Below, piece by piece: positions 21,036-30,364 of a stretch of 64,000 nucleotides of DNA (positions are counted from its first letter, which is position 1; every line of letters begins with the position of its first letter). The translations under genes and the position numbers were made by a program. The DNA comes from an uncultured Gemmatimonadaceae bacterium. Lineage in GTDB: Bacteria > Gemmatimonadota > Gemmatimonadetes > Gemmatimonadales > Gemmatimonadaceae. The stretch spans positions 128,001 through 192,000 of the forward strand of contig CAWAGQ010000013.1 of NCBI GenBank assembly GCA_963781585.1, read 5' to 3'. The notes under the pieces were generated by a model. The model was not told where the DNA came from. It ran no database searches and saw nothing but the letters and a program-made list of their open reading frames with translations.

Positions 21036-22018
21036 ATCCTGGCCTCGCGGGCGACGCTCCAGACGAGCCAGCGGGCCATCGCGTTGACGACCAGCGTGAC
21101 AACGAACAGCACGAAGCCGCACGCCATCAGCGCCGAGACGTGGAGGCGGCCGGTGGCTTCGGAGAACTCGTTGGCGATCACCGAGGCGAGCGTGTAGCCC
21201 GGCGCGAACAGCGACGTGGAAATGTCGTGGCGGTTGCCGATGAGCATGGTGACTGCCATCGTCTCGCCGAGCGCGCGGGCCAGGCCGAGCATGATGCCGC
21301 CGATGATTCCGGAACGGGCATACGGCACCACCGCGTCGCGAATCATCTCCCACCGGGTGGCGCCCAGGGCCAGCGCCGCTTCGCGCTGGGTGCGCGGTAC
21401 CGTCATCAGCACCTCGCGTGATACGGCCGAGATGTACGGCAGGATCATGATGGCGAGGATGATCCCGGCGGCGAGCATGCTCTGCCCGTATGCCGGGCCG
21501 GAAAAGAACGGTGTGCGCCCCAGGCCCAGGGTCTGCGCGAGAAACGGCATCACCGATGACCGGAGCACAGGCAGCAGCACAAAGATCCCCCACAGCCCGT
21601 AGACAACGCTCGGGATGGCGGCCAGGAGGTCCACCAGGAACGAGACCGGCCGGCGGAGCCAGGGCGGAGAGAGATCCGACAGAAAGATCGCCACACCTAA
21701 CGCCAACGGCGTGGCGATGAACAGAGCGAGCGTCGACGAGACCAGCGTCCCATAGATCATCGGCGCGGCGCCAAACCGCTCGCGCACCGGATCCCACTCG
21801 GACGAGGTGAGGAACGACGGGCCGAAATGGCTCAGCGCCGGCCACGCCGCGATGCCGATCCCCAGCACGATCAGCAACAACAACAGGGGCACCGCCCAGG
21901 CGAACGCCGCGGTCGTGACCCGGTACAGCAGGTCGCCGATCGAAATGCCTTCCAGCCTGGACGCCGGAACCGACGACGCGAGCGCCGCCGCCTCGGGTGT
22001 CACGCGGGCGTCGGTCAC
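21032..22018 (-). CDS. pstC: Phosphate ABC transporter permease PstC
   Basis: W.P....FG....IYGTL, LAAIPSVVYGLWG, RALGETMAV and IANEF.EA. Confidence 0.95.
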   Translation of the reverse strand: MTDARVTPEAAALASSVPASRLEGISIGDLLYRVTTAAFAWAVPLLLLLIVLGIGIAAWPALSHFGPSFLTSSEWDPVRERFGAAPMIYGTLVSSTLALFIATPLALGVAIFLSDLSPPWLRRPVSFLVDLLAAIPSVVYGLWGIFVLLPVLRSSVMPFLAQTLGLGRTPFFSGPAYGQSMLAAGIILAIMILPYISAVSREVLMTVPRTQREAALALGATRWEMIRDAVVPYARSGIIGGIMLGLARALGETMAVTMLIGNRHDISTSLFAPGYTLASVIANEFSEATGRLHVSALMACGFVLFVVTLVVNAMARWLVWSVAREARI

Positions 22019-23097
22019 TGCGCTCCGCCGATCTGGATCTCGCTCAGCCGGTCGGTGAGCCGCTGCGCCAGCGATGGCGGCAGGGGCGCATAATCGAGCG
22101 AGGCGGCGCTCTGCTCTCCCGTCTGGTACATCCAGCGCATGAAGTCGACGAGTTTCTTTCCCTTGACCGGGTCGGCCTGGTGCTGGTACACCAGGAGCCA
22201 GGTGAAGGAAGAGATCGGATACGCGGTTGCACCCGGTGCGTTGACGATCGAGATGCGATAGTCGGTGTCGGGGCCGAGTCTCGAAATGGCGCCCTCAGCG
22301 GCCGCCGAGATGCTCTCAATGGTGGGCGCAACGAACTCTCCGGCGGCGTTCCTGACATGACCGGCCGGAAGGCGATTCTGAATGGCGTACGCGAGTTCGA
22401 CGTAGCCGATCGAACCCGGTGTGGTCTTTACCTGGCCGGCAACCTGTTCATTTCCCTGCCCACCGAGCCCGACCGGCCAGTTCACCGATTTTCCACGCCC
22501 GGGCCCGTTCGCCCAGTCCTGGCTCACAGTGGAGAGATAGTCGGTGAAGATGAAGCTCGTGCCACTTGTTTCCGCGCGGTGGACGACGAGGATGTCGCGG
22601 GCCGGCAGCGTGACGCCGGGATTGAGAGCCGCCAGTCGGGCGTCATTCCACTTCGTGATCTTGCCCAGGAAGATGCCGGCAATGGCGTCGCCGGTGAGGT
22701 GCAGGGGCGAGGTCGCTTCTGCCAGATTGTACGTGATCACGACGGCGCCGAGTACGGTCGGGAAATGGAGGATCTTGCCGGCCGACGCGGCGCCCATTTC
22801 CTGATCCGTCATCGGGCTGTCAGATGCCCCGAAGTCGATGGTATTGTCGGAAAGTTGTTTGATGCCGGCGCCCGACCCCTTCGACTGATAGTTGATCTTC
22901 ACGCCGGTGGCCTGGGCATACATCGAAAACCACTTGTCATAAATGATGTAGGGAAAGGTTGCTCCGGCGCCGTTCAGGTCGACGCCGCTGCTCACCGCCG
23001 CCGACGAGTCGCCGGTTCCAGGAGCACGTTGGTCCCCGCCACAGCCGGCGACAAGAACGGCGCCGAACAGCGTGAGCGCGATGGTGCGCGGATGCAT
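22015..23097 (-). CDS. pstS: Phosphate-binding lipoprotein PstS
   Basis: LVAGC lipobox, GAGATFP, YQSKGSGAG, DFGASD, SGTSFIFT.YL and YPI. Confidence 0.96.
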   Translation of the reverse strand: MHPRTIALTLFGAVLVAGCGGDQRAPGTGDSSAAVSSGVDLNGAGATFPYIIYDKWFSMYAQATGVKINYQSKGSGAGIKQLSDNTIDFGASDSPMTDQEMGAASAGKILHFPTVLGAVVITYNLAEATSPLHLTGDAIAGIFLGKITKWNDARLAALNPGVTLPARDILVVHRAETSGTSFIFTDYLSTVSQDWANGPGRGKSVNWPVGLGGQGNEQVAGQVKTTPGSIGYVELAYAIQNRLPAGHVRNAAGEFVAPTIESISAAAEGAISRLGPDTDYRISIVNAPGATAYPISSFTWLLVYQHQADPVKGKKLVDFMRWMYQTGEQSAASLDYAPLPPSLAQRLTDRLSEIQIGGAQ

Positions 23098-23125
23098 AAC
23101 GAGAGCCTCCGGAGAATGGACGGGA

Positions 23126-24355
23126 TCAGAAGCCGGCGATGAGATGCAGGTACACCGTGCGCGTGTTTGGCGCGACGAGTCCGCTGACAGGATAGGATGA
23201 TTGCAGGTCGAGGGTGGCCGAGGTGCGGGAACTGAAGTCCCAGGAAATACCGGCAGTCCAGGCGTGGACGACACCATCCGCGTTCACGTCCGGCTTGACC
23301 TGATCCAGTCGTACGACCACCCAGAGCGGCGCACCCGGCGACCGGGGCGTGGATGCGAAGGGATGTCCAATCGCGAACAGCGACGTGACCCGACCGGTGC
23401 GACTGCTGGCGGTGGGAACAACGTCCCTGGTCGTGTCGGCGTGCTCGACGACATCCTTGCGCCAGGCCAACTGTGCGCCGAGCGTCAGCCGCGGACCGCG
23501 CGTGGACACGAACAGCCCATAGCGGTTGCGCTCGCGTCCACGGCTGACGGCTTGCACCGTGCCGTGGCGTTGCGCATAGTCGCTCGCGCGCTCGCCAAGG
23601 CTGCCCCAGGGTGAGATCTGGAGGCTCCGAAGGGAGCCCGACCCGCGCGCAAACGGGGTCAGCGTGAGCCGCGCCGCATACTCCTTGAATCGATCGAGCT
23701 CGCGCGAGCCGTAGCCGGAGCCGTTCACGATGGTGGTGTACAGCTCGCCCGCCCGGTCCGGCAGGGTAATGGTTGATGCCACGCCGGCATCAGAGGAGGA
23801 GAAGAACCCGGTCTGTTCGATGGCGACCTGCGATAATCCGCGTTGCCAGTACTGCTCCTCCTTGTCGATGACCACCGTATGGACGAGTCCCATCCGGGCG
23901 CTGATGCGCAGGTTGTCGGCCCCGCCACGAAGGAACTCATGCTGGAGGTACGCATACTTGGCTCGAAGACTCCACCCGCGGTAGTAGCCGTCCCGGGTCG
24001 TGTCCCGTTGTTGATAGACGTCGAGGGTGATGCGAATGGAATCGCGCTCGCCGGCGCGGGTGCGGAAGTTGAGATACGCGCGCTCCAGGTCAAATCGATT
24101 CTGTGACCGACTCCCCTTGGGCCCGCCGTATTGGTAGTTCGCGTAGAGCACGCCTGAGAAGGAGAACGAGGGCGACGACGGTTGCGCGGTCCCCGCAGCG
24201 GAATCGCGAGTCGCCGGAGGGGATGCGGGTGGCGAAGTCGGAAGTGGAGCGACAGGACCCTGGGCCGCAACCGTGGCGGTCACCAGGCAGACGAGCGGAG
24301 GGAGAGGACGGAGGACGCGGACGTGGGCACGGCGGGGAGCAAGTCGGATTGTCAC
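23126..24355 (-). CDS. Putative outer-membrane porin-like beta-barrel (phosphate-porin candidate)
   Basis: Signal peptide and Pro-rich linker, F.LERAYLNF and KYAYLQ motifs, alternating beta strands, C-terminal Phe; first gene of the pst operon. Confidence 0.65.
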   Translation of the reverse strand: MTIRLAPRRAHVRVLRPLPPLVCLVTATVAAQGPVAPLPTSPPASPPATRDSAAGTAQPSSPSFSFSGVLYANYQYGGPKGSRSQNRFDLERAYLNFRTRAGERDSIRITLDVYQQRDTTRDGYYRGWSLRAKYAYLQHEFLRGGADNLRISARMGLVHTVVIDKEEQYWQRGLSQVAIEQTGFFSSSDAGVASTITLPDRAGELYTTIVNGSGYGSRELDRFKEYAARLTLTPFARGSGSLRSLQISPWGSLGERASDYAQRHGTVQAVSRGRERNRYGLFVSTRGPRLTLGAQLAWRKDVVEHADTTRDVVPTASSRTGRVTSLFAIGHPFASTPRSPGAPLWVVVRLDQVKPDVNADGVVHAWTAGISWDFSSRTSATLDLQSSYPVSGLVAPNTRTVYLHLIAGF

Positions 24356-24417
24356 GGATCGTCACCGGGTGCGAGTGAACCAGCGTCGTTTGTAACGACA
24401 ACGCCGTACTCTGCCGG

Positions 24418-24450
24418 CTCTGTGTAACAGCTTGGCGACGAACCGGTAAC
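24418..24450 (-). promoter_or_regulatory. Pho-box-like direct repeats upstream of the porin-pst operon
   Basis: Minus strand GTTAC-N6-GTCGC-N6-GTTAC with exact 11-bp periodicity. Confidence 0.6.
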
Positions 24451-24732
24451 GGACCGGTCGTTTCACCGGCCCACGCGGACACGCAAGACCGCCGTTCCGG
24501 ACCGCGGTCCGAAACGGGAAGCTTCCCATCTGGAGAGAGAGAATCACTCGGCCGCGTTTCACCGCTGTGTCGCTTGCGTAACCGCCAGGTCACGAACGTC
24601 CGGCCGCAACGCCGCTCCCCGGCCACGAGCGCGTGGGGAACCGGCGGCTTCCGAAAGTGCCCGATCGTGGCGCTCCCGGACGGGTCGATGTCGCATTCCT
24701 GCTCGCACGCCGCTTGAACTCTGTCGCCAGGG

Positions 24733-25419
24733 TCAGAACTCGTTCCGGTAGCTCACGATCTTGTATCGCCCGTCGCGCTCGATGATCGAACCGAAGTAGC
24801 GATGCGTGCTGATCGACCCATCTGTCTCGCGGATCCGCAGGGTGCAGCCGGTCCAGATCGTATTGGGGCCCTGCCGGTCAGGTTTCGCGTCGCAGCGATG
24901 GTCGATGTAGTCCAACGGCTTGCCGCCCAGACGACGCAGGAGTCGAGTCAACCCGGACTCGCTCGGCTCGTTGATGAGCATCCAGATTCGAGCCGGGGAT
25001 TCGCGGTACGGCGGGTGAGTGTACGGTGAGCTCGGGAAAACCAGGTCCGCGAATTCGCGCGCCGAGAGCACCATGTCGTGAAGTTCGGTGCTGTCGTTCG
25101 CGGCGAGCGCCTTGACGAACCGGCTGACGACCTGGTCGCGCGACTGGCTGCCGTGGCGCAGCGCTGTGACGTGTGCCCCGCCGATGCTCTCGCTGAACCG
25201 GCGCATCTCCTCGTCCAGCGGCAGGATCGAGTCGACGATGTATCCTGGCTGGACGCGGTTGATGGAATCCTGTCGCGCGCGGGCGATCGAGTCCTCGCGC
25301 AGTGAATCGGCCGCGGTGCGGGGCGCCGGGGTTCCTTCGGCACGCCCGCAGGAGGTCAGTATGACCACGGTCGCGACGACCATGGAGGATAAACGAAAGG
25401 GCGATGTTGCGATTCTCAT
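24733..25419 (-). CDS. Hypothetical lipoprotein
   Basis: Hydrophobic leader ending in LTSC, followed by a globular domain (YIVDSILP..E..RF...; FGSIIERDGRYK.VSY.N). Confidence 0.75.
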   Translation of the reverse strand: MRIATSPFRLSSMVVATVVILTSCGRAEGTPAPRTAADSLREDSIARARQDSINRVQPGYIVDSILPLDEEMRRFSESIGGAHVTALRHGSQSRDQVVSRFVKALAANDSTELHDMVLSAREFADLVFPSSPYTHPPYRESPARIWMLINEPSESGLTRLLRRLGGKPLDYIDHRCDAKPDRQGPNTIWTGCTLRIRETDGSISTHRYFGSIIERDGRYKIVSYRNEF

Positions 25420-25440
25420 GTGGGTTTCCCACCCGGACGA

Positions 25441-25473
25441 ACATGGGCGGCGCCCGGAGGACGCCGCCCATGT
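25441..25473 (-). terminator. Hairpin after the large lipoprotein gene
   Basis: ACATGGGCGGCG-N9-CGCCGCCCATGT, perfect 12-bp stem. Confidence 0.55.
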
Positions 25474-25490
25474 CGATACGAAGATGCGAA

Positions 25491-27242
25491 TCAGTTGCGA
25501 GCGTAATATGTCCACCCCTCCCACCACTTGGCCCCGCCCGGTGCGACCGCGCCAAGGTATGCCGATGGCTGGACAAAGGTGCCGGCCTTGGTCAGGAGCT
25601 TTCCCGTGAAGGTGTTCATTCCGCCTGTGGCGATCGCCGATCCGTTTACCGGTGTCCAGTCGAAATCCGCCACACCGGTTGGGGCCACGCCCTGAGCGGG
25701 AATCTTGGTAAAAAGGGCGGTCGCGAGCGCACCGCCTAACGTGAGACCGTTTCCGGCCAGGTCGAGAGAATTCTGCGGGTTGGAGCCAGGGCCTTCGAAG
25801 ACCTTCGGTGTTTCCGCGAAATAGACGTTCTTCACGGCCAGGTCGGTCGTCGCCATGTCGGGGATCGGTACCGAGCCCCCCCGGGCGTAGGACTCATTAT
25901 CACGCAGCGAGACGCCATCGGTCGGGAACCGCGCCACCACGCCGTTGACGTAGAAACCGCCGGTCCCTCGCCGGAGCATCATCCCGTGCCCGCCCGAGGC
26001 GCCGACGCACGTGGCGGCCCCGCAGCCGACGAGCGTGAAATTTGCTACCACGGGCTCGGTGTACGGCTGCTGGTTGAATCCGTTGTCGCATCCCGATCCC
26101 TGGCAACCGTCGTTCTCGATGCCTTCGAGATCGGAGGCGAGAAACCCGGCGCCAGTACGCGGCGTGAGTTGCACCGAGTTGAAGCCAATCAGATACTGGA
26201 GCCGGCCTTGGAAGCCTTCGGACATGTCAAACATGTCGTCGCCGGTCTCGTAGGCCACCATGTGATCGCCGTCCAGCGCGCCGCCGAAAAACTCGTACGA
26301 GTCATCCAGGCCGCCGAGGGCCTGGACGTAGGACAGGCGTGTGCCGGAACCGACGGCGGCGAAGGTGAACGCATTCAACTCGTTGTTGAGCGAAGGGGCG
26401 TAGCCGGCGAACTGGACGCGGACGTACTGGAGCGTCCCGGAATTGTCGGTCGCCGTGGTGCCGCCCGAGTAGATGACCTGGTAGTTCTTCCCACTCACCA
26501 CCGTCGTGCCGTCCGTGCCGGATCCCTCTACCTCCACCGTCCCGCTGCGGCTGTTGATGCCGTTCCCGATGAGGAGCAATCCGCCCCAGTCGCCGATCTG
26601 TCGTTGCCCGACGGGTCGTGACGAGGTGAAGACGATGGGGCGATCCGCGGTGCCCACCGCCTGAATCCTGGCGCCGCGCAGGATCCACAGCGACGAGCCG
26701 GCCGGATCGAAGGCGCCAAGGATCGTGGTCCCGGGCTGAATGGTCAGCGTCGTGCCGTTGCCCACCACGTGGATGAACCCCTTGAGCGTATAGGTCGTGT
26801 CGGCATACAGCGTGCGGCTCGCAGTAATGTCACCGGTGATGTCAGCTGACGCGTAGCCGAGCGCGAAGGTGGTAGTAGTGGCCGGGGTCGTCGGATCGCT
26901 GCGCGCCCCCGACTTGATTGCCACCGCTTCGTACTGATATGCGGTCGACGGGTCGAGGCTGGTGTCGTCGTAGGTCTGCGTGCCGTCGGCTGACAGAGTT
27001 GGGATCGTCGTGATCACCGTGAAGCTGGCAGATCCACCGTCGGCGCGACTGATCTCGTAGCTCTCGCCGCTGCGGCCGCTGAAGGTGACGCGTACCGTGC
27101 CCGTGCCGGTCGCGGTCGCTGAGAAGCCGAGCGGCGGGTCAGGATTGGCTGGTGGCCCGGTGCTCTTGTCGTTGTTGCTGCAGGCGGACAGCATCGCGAG
27201 TGCTGCGAGCGCCGCGGTGGTGAAACGGATGGGGCTGAACAT
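25491..27242 (-). CDS. Surface lipoprotein with FN3-like domain and beta-helix-like domain
   Basis: LSAC lipobox; Y.D.SL.PST.Y.Y FN3-like motif; TLTIQPGT, GTADRPIVFTS, GDWGG, SG.LQYVRV.FAG and DD..EFFGG motifs. Confidence 0.8.
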   Translation of the reverse strand: MFSPIRFTTAALAALAMLSACSNNDKSTGPPANPDPPLGFSATATGTGTVRVTFSGRSGESYEISRADGGSASFTVITTIPTLSADGTQTYDDTSLDPSTAYQYEAVAIKSGARSDPTTPATTTTFALGYASADITGDITASRTLYADTTYTLKGFIHVVGNGTTLTIQPGTTILGAFDPAGSSLWILRGARIQAVGTADRPIVFTSSRPVGQRQIGDWGGLLLIGNGINSRSGTVEVEGSGTDGTTVVSGKNYQVIYSGGTTATDNSGTLQYVRVQFAGYAPSLNNELNAFTFAAVGSGTRLSYVQALGGLDDSYEFFGGALDGDHMVAYETGDDMFDMSEGFQGRLQYLIGFNSVQLTPRTGAGFLASDLEGIENDGCQGSGCDNGFNQQPYTEPVVANFTLVGCGAATCVGASGGHGMMLRRGTGGFYVNGVVARFPTDGVSLRDNESYARGGSVPIPDMATTDLAVKNVYFAETPKVFEGPGSNPQNSLDLAGNGLTLGGALATALFTKIPAQGVAPTGVADFDWTPVNGSAIATGGMNTFTGKLLTKAGTFVQPSAYLGAVAPGGAKWWEGWTYYARN

Positions 27243-27342
27243 TCCGGTTCCTCTGCAGGGATGGATGTGATGCGAGCTACGCGTCAGGAGGATCCGACGA
27301 CGCCACGAGCCTCCAAATTCAAAGCCGGACTGTGTTCGTTAC

Positions 27343-27384
27343 GTCTACCCAACGTCACGAGACGGTCACGTGAATCGTGACCGT
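27343..27384 (-). promoter_or_regulatory. Pho-box-like repeats overlapping a hairpin between the TBDR and lipoprotein genes
   Basis: Minus strand GTGAC-N6-GTGAC-N6-TAGAC (27343-27369), plus inverted repeat ACGGTCACG-N5-CGTGACCGT (27362-27384). Confidence 0.35.
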
Positions 27385-27392
27385 GGCGCCAA

Positions 27393-30212
27393 TCAAGGAC
27401 GCCAGACGAGTCCGGCCTGCAGAGTCCTGCCGGTGCGGAAGTATTCGCGCGTGACTGTGCCCTGCACCGTGTGGAACGGCGCGTCGAGCAGATTCTTCCC
27501 GTCGAGACGCCCGGACAACACACTGCCGAGCGGGAATCGCAGCGAAAGGTCGACCACGCTACGGGCCTGTTCCACCACGTCGGGGAGGGGAGAATCACCG
27601 GCTGCATCGATGCGATCGCCGATGCGATTGAAGAGCACGGTCGCCGAGGTGGAGCCGCTGTTGGAGATGTACGACAGTCCCGCGTTGATCACGTATGGCG
27701 CCTGTCCCACCATCCGACGCTTGAGATTCGTAGCGCTCGCCTGGGTGTTCTTGTCCAGACGGATCTGGCTCTGCATCAAGGTCACGTTGCTGAAGACCGT
27801 GAAGGGCGTAAACGCGCTGCCAAGGAAGTCGAGAGCCTTCCGCGCCTCGAGCTCCACGCCGTAGTTGTCGGCGCCTTTGGCGTTCGTGTAGTAGACGGTT
27901 CGGGTCCCCGAGCCTGAGGCCCGGTAGACGCGCTCGATCGGCTTGTCGAACCGCTTGATGAAGAACGCGATGCTGAGAACCTCCTCGGGTCTCGGGTACC
28001 ACTCCCACCGGGTGTCGATATTCAGGATGTTGGTGCGCTCCAGCGCGTCGCTCCCCTGGGTATCATCGCCATTGAGCACGTCACGGCTGGTGATGGGAGA
28101 AAGCTCCCGGTACTCCGGACGCGCCAGTGTCCTGGATGCGGACAGCCGAAGCTGCTGCGCATCGTTCAACTTCACGTCGAGCGCCAGGGAGGGGAGCAGA
28201 TCATTCCACTGTTTGGTGGTGGACACCGGCGTGCCGAGGGTGGAGGCCGCGTTGACGGTGACGTGATCCGACTCGTAGCGCACGCCACCGATCAGCCGAA
28301 GCCGCTCTGAGAGAGAGACCTCGGTCATGGCGTAGCCGGCACCGAGGTGGTCACCTGCGGTGTAGGAGCCGCCTTCAGAAATCGGTGCGATCACGAAGAC
28401 ATTGTCAGTGGGATTGGTGAACCGGCCGTCGAACAGTTCTTCGGCGGGCAGCGCACGGATGTCATTGGTCGCCCCGGGGGCCTCGATCGCATACGCGCGC
28501 GTGTCGGCGTCGCGGGCCGTGCTCCGGATCAACCCGCCGAGCTTCAGGGCGTGGTCGCGACCGCCCGCAGAAAACGTCAGCTGATAGTTCGCCTTCCCCT
28601 CGTCGCTGTGCTCATTGAGCGAAGAGAAGGTGCGCGCGGCGCCCCCATTACTCGTATTGTGCCACAGGAGTTGCTCCGCGCCGGTGGCGGGGTCCTGCAC
28701 GATTTGCTGGACGAACTCGGAGCGGTCCGGCTCGTCGCGCGTTACGCCGCTTGCGGTGGCCGCCCAGTCCACCCGGTTTCTCCTGCCCAACTGGTGTTCC
28801 CCGGACACCTGGAGCGAATGCACGCCCCGTTCGATGTACTGCATGCGCGTGATCTTCGCCGCGAATGCTTCGTTTTCAAAGGATCCACGTTCGATGCGGG
28901 CATTGTTGTCGGAAGTGCGGTCGTACATGCCGTTGAGGGAGATGCGCGACCCCAACCCGATCAAAGTGCTCAGATTCACCAGCCCGCCCCAGAGCACGCT
29001 CTGGGTGGTCGTCGATCCCTCGAACCGGTCGATCTCGGTTGTTTGCCCGGCAATATTTCCGCGGTTTGCCAGGGCACGGACCTGATCGCTCTTGACCGAC
29101 GTGCCTGACGAGTAGGTGCCAGACAGCAGATACCCCAGGCGATGACCCAGCAGGAGCGGGTCGTTCCCGCCGATCGAGAGCGAGCCCGAACCCAACGGCG
29201 GAGCGCTGATCGTCTTGGGGGTCCAGGCGTCGCGGAACTGCGACACCAGACGGTTCATGTCTGCCTGAGAGAGATTGATGCCCTGGAAGTTCCCGACCTG
29301 CCTGAGAAGCGGCGGGAGGTCGCGATCGTGATTCACCATCGCGAACTGCTCGCCGCCGGTGGTCTGTCCGGCGATGAGGTGGTCACCGGTCGCTCCGCCG
29401 GCCAACCCACTGTTCAACTGCAGGGACCAGGAGCGGCGCGCCGGGAATTCGCGGGTGCGGATGTTCACCGTGGCGCCGGAGAAATCGCCCTGCTGGTCGG
29501 GGGTAAAGGTCTTGGTCGTGGTGATGGTCTGGAGGAGCCCCGACGGGAACAGGTCCAGTGGCACCACACGCCGCTCGGGCTCCGGGCTGGGTACGCGTGA
29601 CCCATTGAGCTGGGTGGTGGTGTAGCGCTCACCCAAGCCACGCACGAAGACCACGCCGTCGCGCTGCACCGTCACGCCGCTGATGCGGCGGGCCGCCTGG
29701 GCGGCGTCGCCATCCGGTGTCTTCGCGATCTGTTCCGCGGTTACCGCGCTCACCACCTCGACAGCGGTGCGCTGCATGTTCATCGCTTCGTTGATCGTTC
29801 CGCGCTCGGTGCTTGCCGTCACGACGGTCGCGCTCAGCACGACGGTCGCGGCTTCGAGGGAGATGTTCTGCTCGAGGGTCCGATTCGCGTCGAGCATGAT
29901 CCCCGTGACGGTCTTCTGCTGGAAGCCGAGACGACGCGCCAGCAGCGTCACGGTGCCCGCGGGAATGCCGGGAATGGCGAAACGCCCATTCACGCCCGAA
30001 GTCGTACCGAGACTGGTTCCCACGACCTGGATCTGCACGTCGCTCACGCCCTCTCCTGACACGGCGTCCAGAATGCGACCCACGATCCGACCTTTCGGCA
30101 GCGGCGTGGGTGATGTCCCCTGCGCAGCGGCCGGAACCGCTACCAGCACGGGCAGCAAGGCTGCCAGCGCGAGGAGGCGCGACACGAGACGACGGGCGTT
30201 GGGACTGTTCAT
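27393..30212 (-). CDS. TonB-dependent receptor with N-terminal carboxypeptidase-regulatory-like domain
   Basis: Signal peptide, GRI.G.I.D N-domain, plug (RISGVT...VFVRGLGERY..T.LNG), SRTLARPEYREL and C-terminal GKNLLD...GR. Confidence 0.93.
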   Translation of the reverse strand: MNSPNARRLVSRLLALAALLPVLVAVPAAAQGTSPTPLPKGRIVGRILDAVSGEGVSDVQIQVVGTSLGTTSGVNGRFAIPGIPAGTVTLLARRLGFQQKTVTGIMLDANRTLEQNISLEAATVVLSATVVTASTERGTINEAMNMQRTAVEVVSAVTAEQIAKTPDGDAAQAARRISGVTVQRDGVVFVRGLGERYTTTQLNGSRVPSPEPERRVVPLDLFPSGLLQTITTTKTFTPDQQGDFSGATVNIRTREFPARRSWSLQLNSGLAGGATGDHLIAGQTTGGEQFAMVNHDRDLPPLLRQVGNFQGINLSQADMNRLVSQFRDAWTPKTISAPPLGSGSLSIGGNDPLLLGHRLGYLLSGTYSSGTSVKSDQVRALANRGNIAGQTTEIDRFEGSTTTQSVLWGGLVNLSTLIGLGSRISLNGMYDRTSDNNARIERGSFENEAFAAKITRMQYIERGVHSLQVSGEHQLGRRNRVDWAATASGVTRDEPDRSEFVQQIVQDPATGAEQLLWHNTSNGGAARTFSSLNEHSDEGKANYQLTFSAGGRDHALKLGGLIRSTARDADTRAYAIEAPGATNDIRALPAEELFDGRFTNPTDNVFVIAPISEGGSYTAGDHLGAGYAMTEVSLSERLRLIGGVRYESDHVTVNAASTLGTPVSTTKQWNDLLPSLALDVKLNDAQQLRLSASRTLARPEYRELSPITSRDVLNGDDTQGSDALERTNILNIDTRWEWYPRPEEVLSIAFFIKRFDKPIERVYRASGSGTRTVYYTNAKGADNYGVELEARKALDFLGSAFTPFTVFSNVTLMQSQIRLDKNTQASATNLKRRMVGQAPYVINAGLSYISNSGSTSATVLFNRIGDRIDAAGDSPLPDVVEQARSVVDLSLRFPLGSVLSGRLDGKNLLDAPFHTVQGTVTREYFRTGRTLQAGLVWRP

Positions 30213-30303
30213 GCGAATTGGGCCGCTCCGAGTGAGGCGTGAAATCACGCGTAGGAGAACCACTGAATTCGCATTGACAGTGCATCAGTTGCGTTTCGGA
30301 CAC

Positions 30304-30330
30304 CGCACGGGTATGCAACGGAAGTGTCAC
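30304..30330 (-). promoter_or_regulatory. Weak Pho-box-like repeats upstream of the TBDR
   Basis: Minus strand GTGAC-N6-GTTGC-N6-GTGCG, 11-bp period. Confidence 0.35.
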
Positions 30331-30364
30331 GGCGGGCGGGACCGTCGGTGGCTAGCCTGGGCGG

